64,000 nt of DNA, taken from positions 8,211-72,210 of the forward strand of contig JAFDWM010000003.1 in assembly GCA_018268455.1 (NCBI GenBank), read 5' to 3'. The position numbers and the translations under genes were made by a program. Below are positions 23,724 through 31,918 of this stretch, piece by piece (position 1 is the stretch's first letter; each line of letters opens with the position of its first letter). This stretch comes from Actinomycetota bacterium. Its GTDB lineage: Bacteria; Actinomycetota; Actinomycetes; Actinomycetales; Microbacteriaceae. Below the pieces are notes generated by a model. It saw nothing but the letters and a program-made list of their open reading frames with translations, did no database searches and was not told where the DNA came from.

Positions 23724-24332
23724 TCAGGATCCGGCGTCGGGATCCGGATCCGCCATCCGCGCGCGGCGCACCTCGACGAGCCCGTCCAGCGCCTGCAGCA
23801 GTCGCTCCGATCCCGGGCGATCCGGCGTGTGCCCCGTGTGCACGAGCACGTTCATCGCCGCGAGCACGAGCGACACCGCGCGCACGGCCTCGTCCCTGTC
23901 GGCGGCGCGCTTCTCGGCGAGCCGGATGAGCTTCTCGCGCACGGATCCCATCCATTGCGAGAAGGCGGGCAGCAGCTCGGGCCGGCGGATGAGCAGGCGC
24001 TTGATCCGCTGACGGTCCATGCCCGCGTCGATCGAGGATCCGACGACGTCGCACAGTGCGGGGACGAGTTCGCCCCGCGCCGCCGTGAAGCGCGCCTCGA
24101 CGTCGGCATCCGCCCCGGATTCGGGGAGATTGAGGGCGGCGGCCGCCTTGGAGGGGAAGTAGTTGAAGAAGGTGCGGGGGGAGACGTCGACGGTCTGGCA
24201 GATCTGCTCGATCGTCGTGCCGTCCAGGCCCTGCTCCTCGACGAGGGCGAGCGCCGCCTCGTGCAGCGCCTGGCGGGTCTGCTGCTTCTTGCGCTCGCGG
24301 CGTCCCTCGACCGCCGGTCCGGCGATGCTCAT
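23724..24332 (-). CDS. TetR/AcrR family transcriptional regulator (module 1)
   Basis: RERKKQQTRQALHEAALALVEEQGLDGTTIEQICQTVDVSPRTFFNYFPSKAAA is a TetR N-terminal HTH; 202 aa. Confidence 0.9.
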   Translation of the reverse strand: MSIAGPAVEGRRERKKQQTRQALHEAALALVEEQGLDGTTIEQICQTVDVSPRTFFNYFPSKAAAALNLPESGADADVEARFTAARGELVPALCDVVGSSIDAGMDRQRIKRLLIRRPELLPAFSQWMGSVREKLIRLAEKRAADRDEAVRAVSLVLAAMNVLVHTGHTPDRPGSERLLQALDGLVEVRRARMADPDPDAGS

Positions 24333-24368
24333 CGTGTGCTCCTCATGAGCCTCATCTCCTCATGCGCG

Positions 24369-24401
24369 GAAGCCGGGGCAGGTGGACCCTGCCCCGGCTT
24401 C
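24369..24401 (-). terminator. hairpin between the MFS stop and the TetR start (module 1)
   Basis: GAAGCCGGGGCAGG-TGGAC-CCTGCCCCGGCTTC, a perfect 14-bp stem 6 nt after the MFS stop codon. Confidence 0.5.
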
Positions 24402-24406
24402 GTCGC

Positions 24407-26485
24407 TCACGCGCTCTGCGTCCTGATCGTACCGGTCTCGGTGACACCGGCGTCGTCGGCCTGCTCCTGCAGCGCGGAGCGCGTGCGCAGCGGCGGCGCC
24501 TTGAAGAACCAGCTCAGCACGAAGGCGAGCATCAGCACGCCGAAGCCGACCCAGTAGATGACGTCGATCGCCTGCGTGAAGCCGACCATGAACGGCTTCG
24601 TCAGCGCGGCATCCGCGCCGTTCAGGAACGAGGTGTCGCTGACCGAGCTGCTGGATCCGCTGGACGCCTTCGAGGTGCCCTTGTCGATCTCCTTCACGAT
24701 GTTCGGCACGAGCTGGTCGACCCAGTGCGTGCGCTGGTCCTTGTTCGACCAGTCCACCGAGACCGTGTCGCCCTTCACCGACGCGTTCGCCTTGTCGGCC
24801 ACCGCCTGCAGCGCGGCGCTCTCGGCGGCGGGTGTCGCCTCGGCCACCTTCTGGTCGATGACGCCCTGCGCGGCGGCCGCGGGAAGCTGCCCGGCGGCGA
24901 CCGCCGCGTTCACGCCCTCGGTGACCTTCTGCGTCACGGCCTGTGCGGCCCCGGCCTTGGCCTGGGTGACGCCCTTGTCGAGCTGCGCCTGGATGTTCTG
25001 CGTCAGCGGCCCCACGATCGGGGTCCACAGCTGCTTCATCACGGCCTTGTTCTGGGGCTTGTCCGCGATGGCGGGATCGAGCGCCGCGTTCAGGGCGGCG
25101 GTGAGGGTGGGCTTGTCGGCCATGCTGTGCACGATGTTGTTGGGCAGCAGGGTGAACAGCACCGAGATCATGATCGCCGTACCGAGCGTTCCGCCGATCT
25201 GGCGGAAGAACTGCGCCGCGCTCGTGGCCACTCCCATGTCGGGGGCGGCGACCGCGTTCTGGCTGGCCATGGTGAGCGACTGCATGAGCTGACCGAGTCC
25301 GAGGCCGACCACGAACATGCCGATCATCATGAACCAGATCGGGGTGGCGGCCGACACGAAGGTCAGCAGCAGGAAGCCGAGCGCGGTGGTCAGCGTTCCC
25401 AGCCGCGGGAAGATGCCGTACCGGCCGGTGCGCGCGGTGATCTGGCCCGCCGCCATCGACGAGGTCATCAGGCCCACGACCATGGGCAGCATCGCGAAGC
25501 CGGACTCGGTGGGCGTCAGGCCCGCCACGATCTGCATGTAGAGCGGGATGGTCATCATCGCGCCGAACATGCCGAAGCCGACCAGCACGCCGATGATGGT
25601 CGCCCAGGAGAACGTGTTGGAGTGGAAGAGCCGGATCGGGATGATGGCATCGTCCTTCATCGCGATCTCGATCAGGATGAAGCCGATCGCGCCGATGCCG
25701 CCGATCACGTAGCAGGCGATCGCGCCGACCGAGGTCCAGCCCCAGGACTGCCCCTGCTCGGCCACGAGCAGCAACGGCACCAGTGCCACGATCACCGCGG
25801 TCGCACCCCACCAGTCGATCCGCGGGCTCTTGTGCTTGCCGACCTTGGGCAGGTGCAGGAACGCGATCACCATGCCGAGCGCGATGATGCCGATCGGCAG
25901 GTTGATGAGGAACACCCAGCGCCAGCCGGCGATCCACAGGATCTCGTGCGCGCCGGCGAAGATGCCGCCGACCAGCGGGCCGATCAGCGAGGAGATGCCG
26001 AACACGGCGAAGAAGTAGCCCTGGTACTTCGCGCGCTCGCGCGGGGCGAGCACGTCGGCCATGATCGCGAGCGGCAACGACATGAGTGCACCGGCGCCGA
26101 TGCCCTGGAAGGCGCGGAAGCCCGCGAGCATCAGCATCGACGTCGAGAACGTCGACAGCACGGATCCGAGGATGAACACCGAGATGCCGAAGATGAACAG
26201 CGGCCGGCGGCCGAAGATGTCGCTGAGCTTGCCGTAGATCGGCACCGAGATCGTCGAGGTGATCATGTAGGCGGTGGTGACCCACGCCTGCTGATCGAGG
26301 CCGTGCAGGTCGTCGCCGATCGTGCGGATCGCCGTGCCGACGATCGTCTGGTCGAGCGAGGAGAGGAACATGCCGGCCATCAGGCCGTAGATGACGAGCA
26401 GGATCTGCCTGTGCGTCATGATCGGGGCGTTGTGCTTGCGCTCGTTGCGCGTCGCCGCTGGTGCGGTGGTGGTGGCGGTGGACAT
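24407..26485 (-). CDS. DHA2-type (14-TMS, EmrB/QacA-like) MFS efflux transporter with a large insert before the last TM (module 1)
   Basis: LSSLDQTIVGTAIRTIGDDL, GKLSDIFGRRPLF and 13 hydrophobic segments are followed by a hydrophilic segment of about 190 aa and a final TM. The start is either ATG 26485 (MSTATTT...) or the track start 26533. Confidence 0.85.
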   Translation of the reverse strand: MSTATTTAPAATRNERKHNAPIMTHRQILLVIYGLMAGMFLSSLDQTIVGTAIRTIGDDLHGLDQQAWVTTAYMITSTISVPIYGKLSDIFGRRPLFIFGISVFILGSVLSTFSTSMLMLAGFRAFQGIGAGALMSLPLAIMADVLAPRERAKYQGYFFAVFGISSLIGPLVGGIFAGAHEILWIAGWRWVFLINLPIGIIALGMVIAFLHLPKVGKHKSPRIDWWGATAVIVALVPLLLVAEQGQSWGWTSVGAIACYVIGGIGAIGFILIEIAMKDDAIIPIRLFHSNTFSWATIIGVLVGFGMFGAMMTIPLYMQIVAGLTPTESGFAMLPMVVGLMTSSMAAGQITARTGRYGIFPRLGTLTTALGFLLLTFVSAATPIWFMMIGMFVVGLGLGQLMQSLTMASQNAVAAPDMGVATSAAQFFRQIGGTLGTAIMISVLFTLLPNNIVHSMADKPTLTAALNAALDPAIADKPQNKAVMKQLWTPIVGPLTQNIQAQLDKGVTQAKAGAAQAVTQKVTEGVNAAVAAGQLPAAAAQGVIDQKVAEATPAAESAALQAVADKANASVKGDTVSVDWSNKDQRTHWVDQLVPNIVKEIDKGTSKASSGSSSSVSDTSFLNGADAALTKPFMVGFTQAIDVIYWVGFGVLMLAFVLSWFFKAPPLRTRSALQEQADDAGVTETGTIRTQSA

Positions 26486-26568
26486 GGCGTTCCTTCGGCG
26501 AGGCGGGACGCCGGGCTCCTCGGCGGCGCTCACGTCGGCTCGGGGAGCGCCGACGTTGGCGCAAGGAT

Positions 26569-26607
26569 GTTGCAGCCCTGCAACTTTACGCGCATCGCAA
26601 GCTTGCG
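26569..26607. promoter_or_regulatory. operator-like motifs upstream of MFS module 1: GTTGCAGCCCTGCAAC and CGCAAGCTTGCG
   Basis: Two palindromes read directly. The same motif pair recurs upstream of module 2 (29580..29615). Confidence 0.45.
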
Positions 26608-26727
26608 TCAGTGCACTTTTGCTATGAGGTTGCTGGGATCTGCGAACGCCGCGGTCGGATCCGGGCGGATCCGCGAACGTCGCAGTCTGATCCGTGCGGA
26701 TCCCGCCGCCTCCGCACGTTCCTCGGC

Positions 26728-27330
26728 TCAGGCCGCGGGGGAGAGCCGTACAGCCCTGGCCGAGACGAGCTGATCGACCGCCTCCAGCAGCCGTGCCGCC
26801 CCGGACCGGTCCCCGCCCGTTGTGCCGTCGTGTGCGATCATGCCGAGCGCAGCCAGGGTGAGGGCGACGGCAGCCATCGCCTCGGCGTCACCCGCGCGCT
26901 CGCGCGCGAGGTCGTAGTACTGCTCGCGCACGCTGCCCATCCACTGCGAGAACGCCGGCATCAGTTCGGGGCGACGCTGCACCAGCGCCTTCATCCGGCG
27001 GCGTTGCTGAGCGTCGTCCATCGAGGCGCCGATGAGCTCGCACAGCACCGGCACCAGCTCTCCTTCGGCGGCGCGGAAGCCCGCGGCCCCCTCGGGCGAG
27101 ATCCCGGTGTCGGGGAGGTCGAGGGCGGCGGCCGCCTTCGACGGGAAGTAGTTGAAGAAGGTGCGCGGCGAGACGTCCACGTCCTCGCAGATCTGCTCGA
27201 CGGTGGTGCCGTCGAGACCCTTCTCGTCGACCAGGCGCAACGCGGCCTCATGCAGCGCCTGCCTGGTCTGCTGCTTCTTGCGCTCGCGGAGCCCGCAGAC
27301 AGCGGTGCGCGGATCCTCGACGTTCGACAT
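26728..27330 (-). CDS. TetR/AcrR family transcriptional regulator (module 2, paralog of 23724..24332)
   Basis: 200-aa ORF at the 3' end of track ORF 26728..29748. RERKKQQTRQALHEAALRLVDEKGLDGTTVEQICEDVDVSPRTFFNYFPSKAAA; ATG at 27330. Confidence 0.9.
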   Translation of the reverse strand: MSNVEDPRTAVCGLRERKKQQTRQALHEAALRLVDEKGLDGTTVEQICEDVDVSPRTFFNYFPSKAAAALDLPDTGISPEGAAGFRAAEGELVPVLCELIGASMDDAQQRRRMKALVQRRPELMPAFSQWMGSVREQYYDLARERAGDAEAMAAVALTLAALGMIAHDGTTGGDRSGAARLLEAVDQLVSARAVRLSPAA

Positions 27331-27346
27331 CTCATTCTCCTCGTCG

Positions 27347-27383
27347 GAGGCCCGGGGCAGGACGGATCCCGCCCCGGCGCCTC
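27347..27383 (-). terminator. hairpin between the MFS stop and the TetR start (module 2)
   Basis: GAGGCCCGGGGCAGG...CCGCCCCGGCGCCTC, an imperfect stem at a position homologous to 24369..24401. Confidence 0.4.
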
Positions 27384-29486
27384 TCAGGCCTTGTGCGTCC
27401 TGATGCTGCCGGTCTCGGTGACACCGGCCTTGTCCGCCTGCTCCTGCAGCGCCGAGCGGGCGCGCAGCGGCGGCACCTTGAAGAACCAGGTCAGTACGAA
27501 CGCGAGCAGGATCACGCCGAGGGCGACCCAGTACAGCACCACGATCGAGTCGATGAAGCCCACCATGAACGGCTTCGACAGCTTCGGGTTCGCGCCGGTG
27601 AGGAACGACGTGTCGCTGATCGAGCTGCTCGAGGATCCGGCTGCCGCCGAGTCCTTCTTCTTCATCTGCTCCTGCAGCGTCGGCACCAGCTGGTCGACCC
27701 AGTAGCTGCGCTGTGCCTTGTCCGCCCAGTCCACGGCGACCGTGTCGCCCTGCACGCTGGCGTGCGCCTTCTCGGCGACCGCCTTCAGCACCTGCTCGTG
27801 CGCGGCAGCCTCCGCGGCGGGCGTCGCCTCGGCGACCTTTTGCGCGATCACCGTCGGGGCCGCGGCCTGGGGCAGCCGGCCCGCGGCCACCGCCTGGTTC
27901 ACACCCTCGGTGACCTTGGCGGTCACGGCCTCGGCGGCGGCGGCCTTGGCCTTCGCGTCGCCCTCGGCCAGGCCCTTGTCGAGCTGGGACTGGATGGTGG
28001 TCTGGATCGGCCCGGTGATCGGCGTCCAGAGCTGCTTCATGATCCGGGCGTTCTCGGCCTTCGACGCCTCGGCCGGGTCGAGTGCCGTGCCGAGTGCCGA
28101 GGTGAGCGTCGCCTTGTCCTCGGTCGCGTGCAGGATGTTGGCCGGCAGCATTCCGAACAGCACCGAGATCATGATGGCCGTACCCAGGGTTCCGCCGATC
28201 TGACGGAAGAAGGTGGCGGCGCTCGAGGCGACGCCCATCTCGTGCGGCTCGACCGCGTTCTGGCTGGCGAGCGTGAGCGGCTGCATGAGCTGGCCGAGGC
28301 CCAGGCCCAGCACGAACATGCCGAGGTAGATCTCCCACAGCGGGGTCTCGTACCGGATCATCGTGAGCGTGAAGAAGCCGATCGCGGTGAACAGTGATCC
28401 GGTGACCGGGAAGATGCGGTACCTCCCGGTCTTCGCCGTGATCTGACCGGAGGCGAGCGACGCGATGATGAGGCCGACGATCATCGGCAGCATCGACAGG
28501 CCGGACTCGGTGGGGTTCAGGCCGAGCACGATCTGCATGTAGAGCGGGATGGTCATCATCGCACCGAACATCGCGAAGCCGACGAGCACGCCGATGATGG
28601 TCGCCATCGAGAAGGCGCCGGAGCGGAAGAGCTTCAGCGGGATGATGGCGTCTTCCTTCATGAGCGCCTCGATCACGATGAACGCCACGAGGCCGACGAG
28701 GCCGGTCGCGTAACAGGCGATCGCGGCTGCGCTGGTCCAGCCCCACTCGCGACCCTGCTCGGCGACGAGCAGCAGCGGGACGAGCGCGACGACGACCGCG
28801 GCCGCACCCCACCAGTCGATCCGCGGGCCCTTGTGCTTGCCGACCTTCGGCAGATGCAGGAACGTGATCACCATGAACAGGGCGAACAGGCCCAGCGGGA
28901 TGTTGATGAGGAACGTCCAGCGCCAGCCGTCGATCCAGAGGATCTCGTCGGCACCGGCGAACAGGCCGCCCACGAGCGGTCCGACGACGGTCGCGATGCC
29001 GAACACGGCGAAGAAGTAGCCCTGGAATTTGGCGCGCTCGCGAGGAGCGAGGATGTCGCCCATGATCGCCAGCGGCAGCGCCATCAGCGCACCGGCGCCG
29101 ATGCCCTGGAACGCGCGGAACCCGGCGAGCATCAGCATCGACGTCGAGAACGCCGAGGCGACGGATCCGAGGATGAAGATGACGATGCCGAGGATGAACA
29201 GCGGGCGACGGCCGAAGATGTCGCTGAGCTTGCCGTACAGCGGCACGCTGATGGTCGACGTGATGAGGAACGCGGTCGTCACCCACGCCTGCTGCTCGAG
29301 GCCGTGCAGGTCGTCGCCGATCGTGCGGATCGCGGTGCCGAACACGGTCTGCGCGAGCGACGACAGGAACATGCCGCTCATCAGGCCGTAGATCACGAGC
29401 ATGATCTGCTTGTGCGTCATGATCGGCTTCGACGAGCTCTCGGCGACCGGCGTCACGGTATCGAGGGTGTCGGTGGCTGCGGACAT
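27384..29486 (-). CDS. DHA2-type MFS efflux transporter with a large insert (module 2, paralog of 24407..26485)
   Basis: Long blocks match module 1 exactly or nearly so (LMLAGFRAFQGIGAGALM, FLHLPKVGKHK.PRIDWWGA, TIPLYMQIV.GL.PTESG). The start is taken at ATG 29486 (MSAATDTLD...). Confidence 0.85.
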   Translation of the reverse strand: MSAATDTLDTVTPVAESSSKPIMTHKQIMLVIYGLMSGMFLSSLAQTVFGTAIRTIGDDLHGLEQQAWVTTAFLITSTISVPLYGKLSDIFGRRPLFILGIVIFILGSVASAFSTSMLMLAGFRAFQGIGAGALMALPLAIMGDILAPRERAKFQGYFFAVFGIATVVGPLVGGLFAGADEILWIDGWRWTFLINIPLGLFALFMVITFLHLPKVGKHKGPRIDWWGAAAVVVALVPLLLVAEQGREWGWTSAAAIACYATGLVGLVAFIVIEALMKEDAIIPLKLFRSGAFSMATIIGVLVGFAMFGAMMTIPLYMQIVLGLNPTESGLSMLPMIVGLIIASLASGQITAKTGRYRIFPVTGSLFTAIGFFTLTMIRYETPLWEIYLGMFVLGLGLGQLMQPLTLASQNAVEPHEMGVASSAATFFRQIGGTLGTAIMISVLFGMLPANILHATEDKATLTSALGTALDPAEASKAENARIMKQLWTPITGPIQTTIQSQLDKGLAEGDAKAKAAAAEAVTAKVTEGVNQAVAAGRLPQAAAPTVIAQKVAEATPAAEAAAHEQVLKAVAEKAHASVQGDTVAVDWADKAQRSYWVDQLVPTLQEQMKKKDSAAAGSSSSSISDTSFLTGANPKLSKPFMVGFIDSIVVLYWVALGVILLAFVLTWFFKVPPLRARSALQEQADKAGVTETGSIRTHKA

Positions 29487-29579
29487 AGGGGGCCTTCCGG
29501 AGGGGGATGACGGGCGGAACGGCATGGGGATCCGCCCGCGGACTCCATCGATCGACGCGAGCGCCGACACCGGCGCAAA

Positions 29580-29615
29580 CTTGCAACGGTGCAAGATTAC
29601 ACCTTTGCAAGCTTT
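29580..29615. promoter_or_regulatory. operator-like motifs upstream of MFS module 2: CTTGCAACGGTGCAAG and TTTGCAAGCTTT
   Basis: Read directly. Order and spacing are the same (within 1 nt) as 26569..26607. Confidence 0.45.
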
Positions 29616-29645
29616 CATGCACGCACGGTTCCGCGCGCCGCAGCG

Positions 29646-30044
29646 TCACCGCCCGGCGAAGCGCGCCCTGGCCTCCTCGGTGTGCGGGGTGTAGACGTTG
29701 ACGCGGTTGCCGTCGGGGTCGGCGAGCATCATGGCCCGGTTGCCCCACGGCATCGTCGTCGGCTCCTGCAGCACGGGCACCCTGTCACCGATCCGCGCAC
29801 GTTCCGCGTCGACGTCGTCGACCTGGAACTCGATGATGGCGCTGGCATTCGAGGCGACGGTCAGTCCGGTGCCGGGAAACAGCGGGAGCGTGGCGTCACC
29901 GCCGAGGGCGAGCGTTCCGGACGACGTCACGAGCTCGGCGAAGACCGGATTGGGTCGCTGGAACGTCCCGCCCGTGACGAGCTCGTAGAACTGCACCAGT
30001 TCGTCGAGGCGGCCGGTGATGAGGCGGATGGAGGCGAGTTTCAT
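29646..30044 (-). CDS. VOC family protein (glyoxalase/bleomycin-resistance fold)
   Basis: 132 aa (MKLASIRLITGRLDELVQFYELVTG...MPWGNRAMMLADPDGNRVNVY). Confidence 0.85.
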   Translation of the reverse strand: MKLASIRLITGRLDELVQFYELVTGGTFQRPNPVFAELVTSSGTLALGGDATLPLFPGTGLTVASNASAIIEFQVDDVDAERARIGDRVPVLQEPTTMPWGNRAMMLADPDGNRVNVYTPHTEEARARFAGR

Positions 30045-30106
30045 GAACGTCCTTTCGGAAGATGTAAGGTGCCTGATATTATCATCGTGTCGACGGGAGG
30101 ACGACG

Positions 30107-30568
30107 ATGACCGAGGACTTCGGGCGACGACTGCCGTACCTGCTCCGACGGGTCAACGCCGCGCTGTCACAGCGCCTGGACGAGGACCTGCGGCCATTCG
30201 ATCTGACCCAGTCGCAGCTCTCGGCTCTCGCGATCCTCGACGTCGCGCAGCCCGACGGCCTCTCCGGGGCGATCCTCAGCACCCGGTCCGGGGTGACGCC
30301 GCAGTCCATGTCCGCGGCCATCGTCGGCCTCGTGGACCGGGGGCTCGTCGTGCGCACTCCGCACCCTTCGCACGGGAGGATCCTGGAATGCCGCATCACT
30401 CCGGCGGGCATCCGGGTGCTGCAGAACGTGCAGCAGACGACCGCGGCGAGTGATCGATACGATGCGGGGCTCTCCGCCGCACAGCAGGAGCAGCTTCGGC
30501 TCCTGCTGACCGAGATGATGGGCGCTCTCGGCCTCTACCTCCCACCGCCGGTGGATAAGACGTCGTAG
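30107..30568 (+). CDS. MarR family transcriptional regulator
   Basis: 153 aa (LTQSQLSALAILDVAQPDGLSGAILSTRSGVTPQSMSAAIVGLVDRGLVVRTPHPSHGRILE). Confidence 0.9.
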   Translation: MTEDFGRRLPYLLRRVNAALSQRLDEDLRPFDLTQSQLSALAILDVAQPDGLSGAILSTRSGVTPQSMSAAIVGLVDRGLVVRTPHPSHGRILECRITPAGIRVLQNVQQTTAASDRYDAGLSAAQQEQLRLLLTEMMGALGLYLPPPVDKTS

Positions 30569-30626
30569 AGCCCGGCACCGCTGGAGCGACTCGCGCGAGC
30601 CGGCCGCGGCGTCGCTCGCCGCACGC

Positions 30627-31847
30627 TCATGGCTGTACTCCGGTCGAGGAAGGATCCGCCCGTCGCCGGAGCTTCGCGGTCGTGAGGGTGACGACGACGC
30701 ACGCGCCGACGAGTCCGAGGCCGAGCAGCTGCCAGCCGACGACGCTTGTCATCGCGCCGGCGCTGAGCGACCCGATGACCTGGAAGGAACCGGTGATCGC
30801 TTCCGCGATGGGCTGCACTCGCCCGCGTTCCTCCGGACGGTAGGCATGGGCGATCAGGGCGCTGCCTCCGCTGTAGGTGAGGTTCCAGCCCACGCCGATC
30901 GTCAGCATCGCCGTGAGGAACGCCCACTCGGTGGTGCTGAGGGCCGCGACAGCGCCGGCAACGAGGATCAGGGCGATCCCGATGAGGGTGATGGCACGAT
31001 CACCGATCCTGTCGATGATCCGTGCGACGACGAATCCAGGCGCGAACATGCCGACCATGTGCAGCTGGACGGCGAACGCCGCTGCGGCCTCACTGTGGCC
31101 CATCGCCATCCCCGCAATCGGTCCCGCGGTCATCATCGCGTTCATCGTGACCGCAGCGAACGCCGTCGTCAGGACCCCCGCGAGTAAGAGGGGCTGTCGC
31201 CACAGCACTCTCCGGGATCGCCCCGCCGAGGCCGCTGCCGGAACAACCTCGGTGCGCTCGAGTTCGGCGGGGAGCGTCGCGTTCCAGAGCGCGGCGATCG
31301 CCCCGAATACCGCGACCAGAAGATAGCTGGCCACATAGGCCACCGGCAGGAGATTCGCGGTCCAGGTGGCGAGGAACGGCCCGATCAGCGCGGCGACGAG
31401 CCCGCCCGCCAACACCGTCGTGACGGCCGCCGCGCGCGCTCCCTGAGCGGAATCGGCGGCGGCATAGCGGTAGTACCCCGTCGCCGCGCTGTACAGACCA
31501 ATGAGGAACGTGCCCGCGCACAGCAGCCAGAAGGAGCCCCATTGCACCGCCAGCGCCGAGATCAGCCCAGAAGCCACCGCGGCACCGGAGAACAGCACGA
31601 ACGTTTTGCGGTAGCCGAGTCGTCCGATCGTCCGCGATACGACGAAGGTTGACGACAAGGCGCCGACGGCGATCAGACTGAACGGAAGCGTCGCGAGCGC
31701 ATCCGTCGGGGCGAGGTGATGCCCCACGATCCCGGTGAGTGTGAGATCAACGGCACTCCCGAAGACGGCGAGGGCCTGTGCAGGAGCTAATCGACGCGCG
31801 ACCCGAAGGTTCGCATGTCGGGTCGGGATCGTCGTGGAATCGGCCAT
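30627..31847 (-). CDS. MFS transporter
   Basis: About 12 TM segments. The start is taken at ATG 31847 (MADSTTIPT...). The track start at 31880 is a TTG only 8 nt from the divergent gene. Confidence 0.8.
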   Translation of the reverse strand: MADSTTIPTRHANLRVARRLAPAQALAVFGSAVDLTLTGIVGHHLAPTDALATLPFSLIAVGALSSTFVVSRTIGRLGYRKTFVLFSGAAVASGLISALAVQWGSFWLLCAGTFLIGLYSAATGYYRYAAADSAQGARAAAVTTVLAGGLVAALIGPFLATWTANLLPVAYVASYLLVAVFGAIAALWNATLPAELERTEVVPAAASAGRSRRVLWRQPLLLAGVLTTAFAAVTMNAMMTAGPIAGMAMGHSEAAAAFAVQLHMVGMFAPGFVVARIIDRIGDRAITLIGIALILVAGAVAALSTTEWAFLTAMLTIGVGWNLTYSGGSALIAHAYRPEERGRVQPIAEAITGSFQVIGSLSAGAMTSVVGWQLLGLGLVGACVVVTLTTAKLRRRADPSSTGVQP

Positions 31848-31918
31848 GTCATCGATGATCCGGACTCGACTGACGCTCAACCAGTGGCATGAATGACCTT
31901 CTAGCTAAGATTACTGCC

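Noticed and set aside
24362-26773. 803-aa plus-strand ORF. The same reasoning covers other long antisense ORFs, including 27393..28397, 58403..60184, 13486..15309, 17540..19621, 20487..21824, 44477..46090 and 62164..63510.
   Set aside because: All are antisense or out of frame relative to genes with clear family signatures, and all have extreme Arg/Gly/Asp/His composition. I treated them as GC-driven open frames, not genes.
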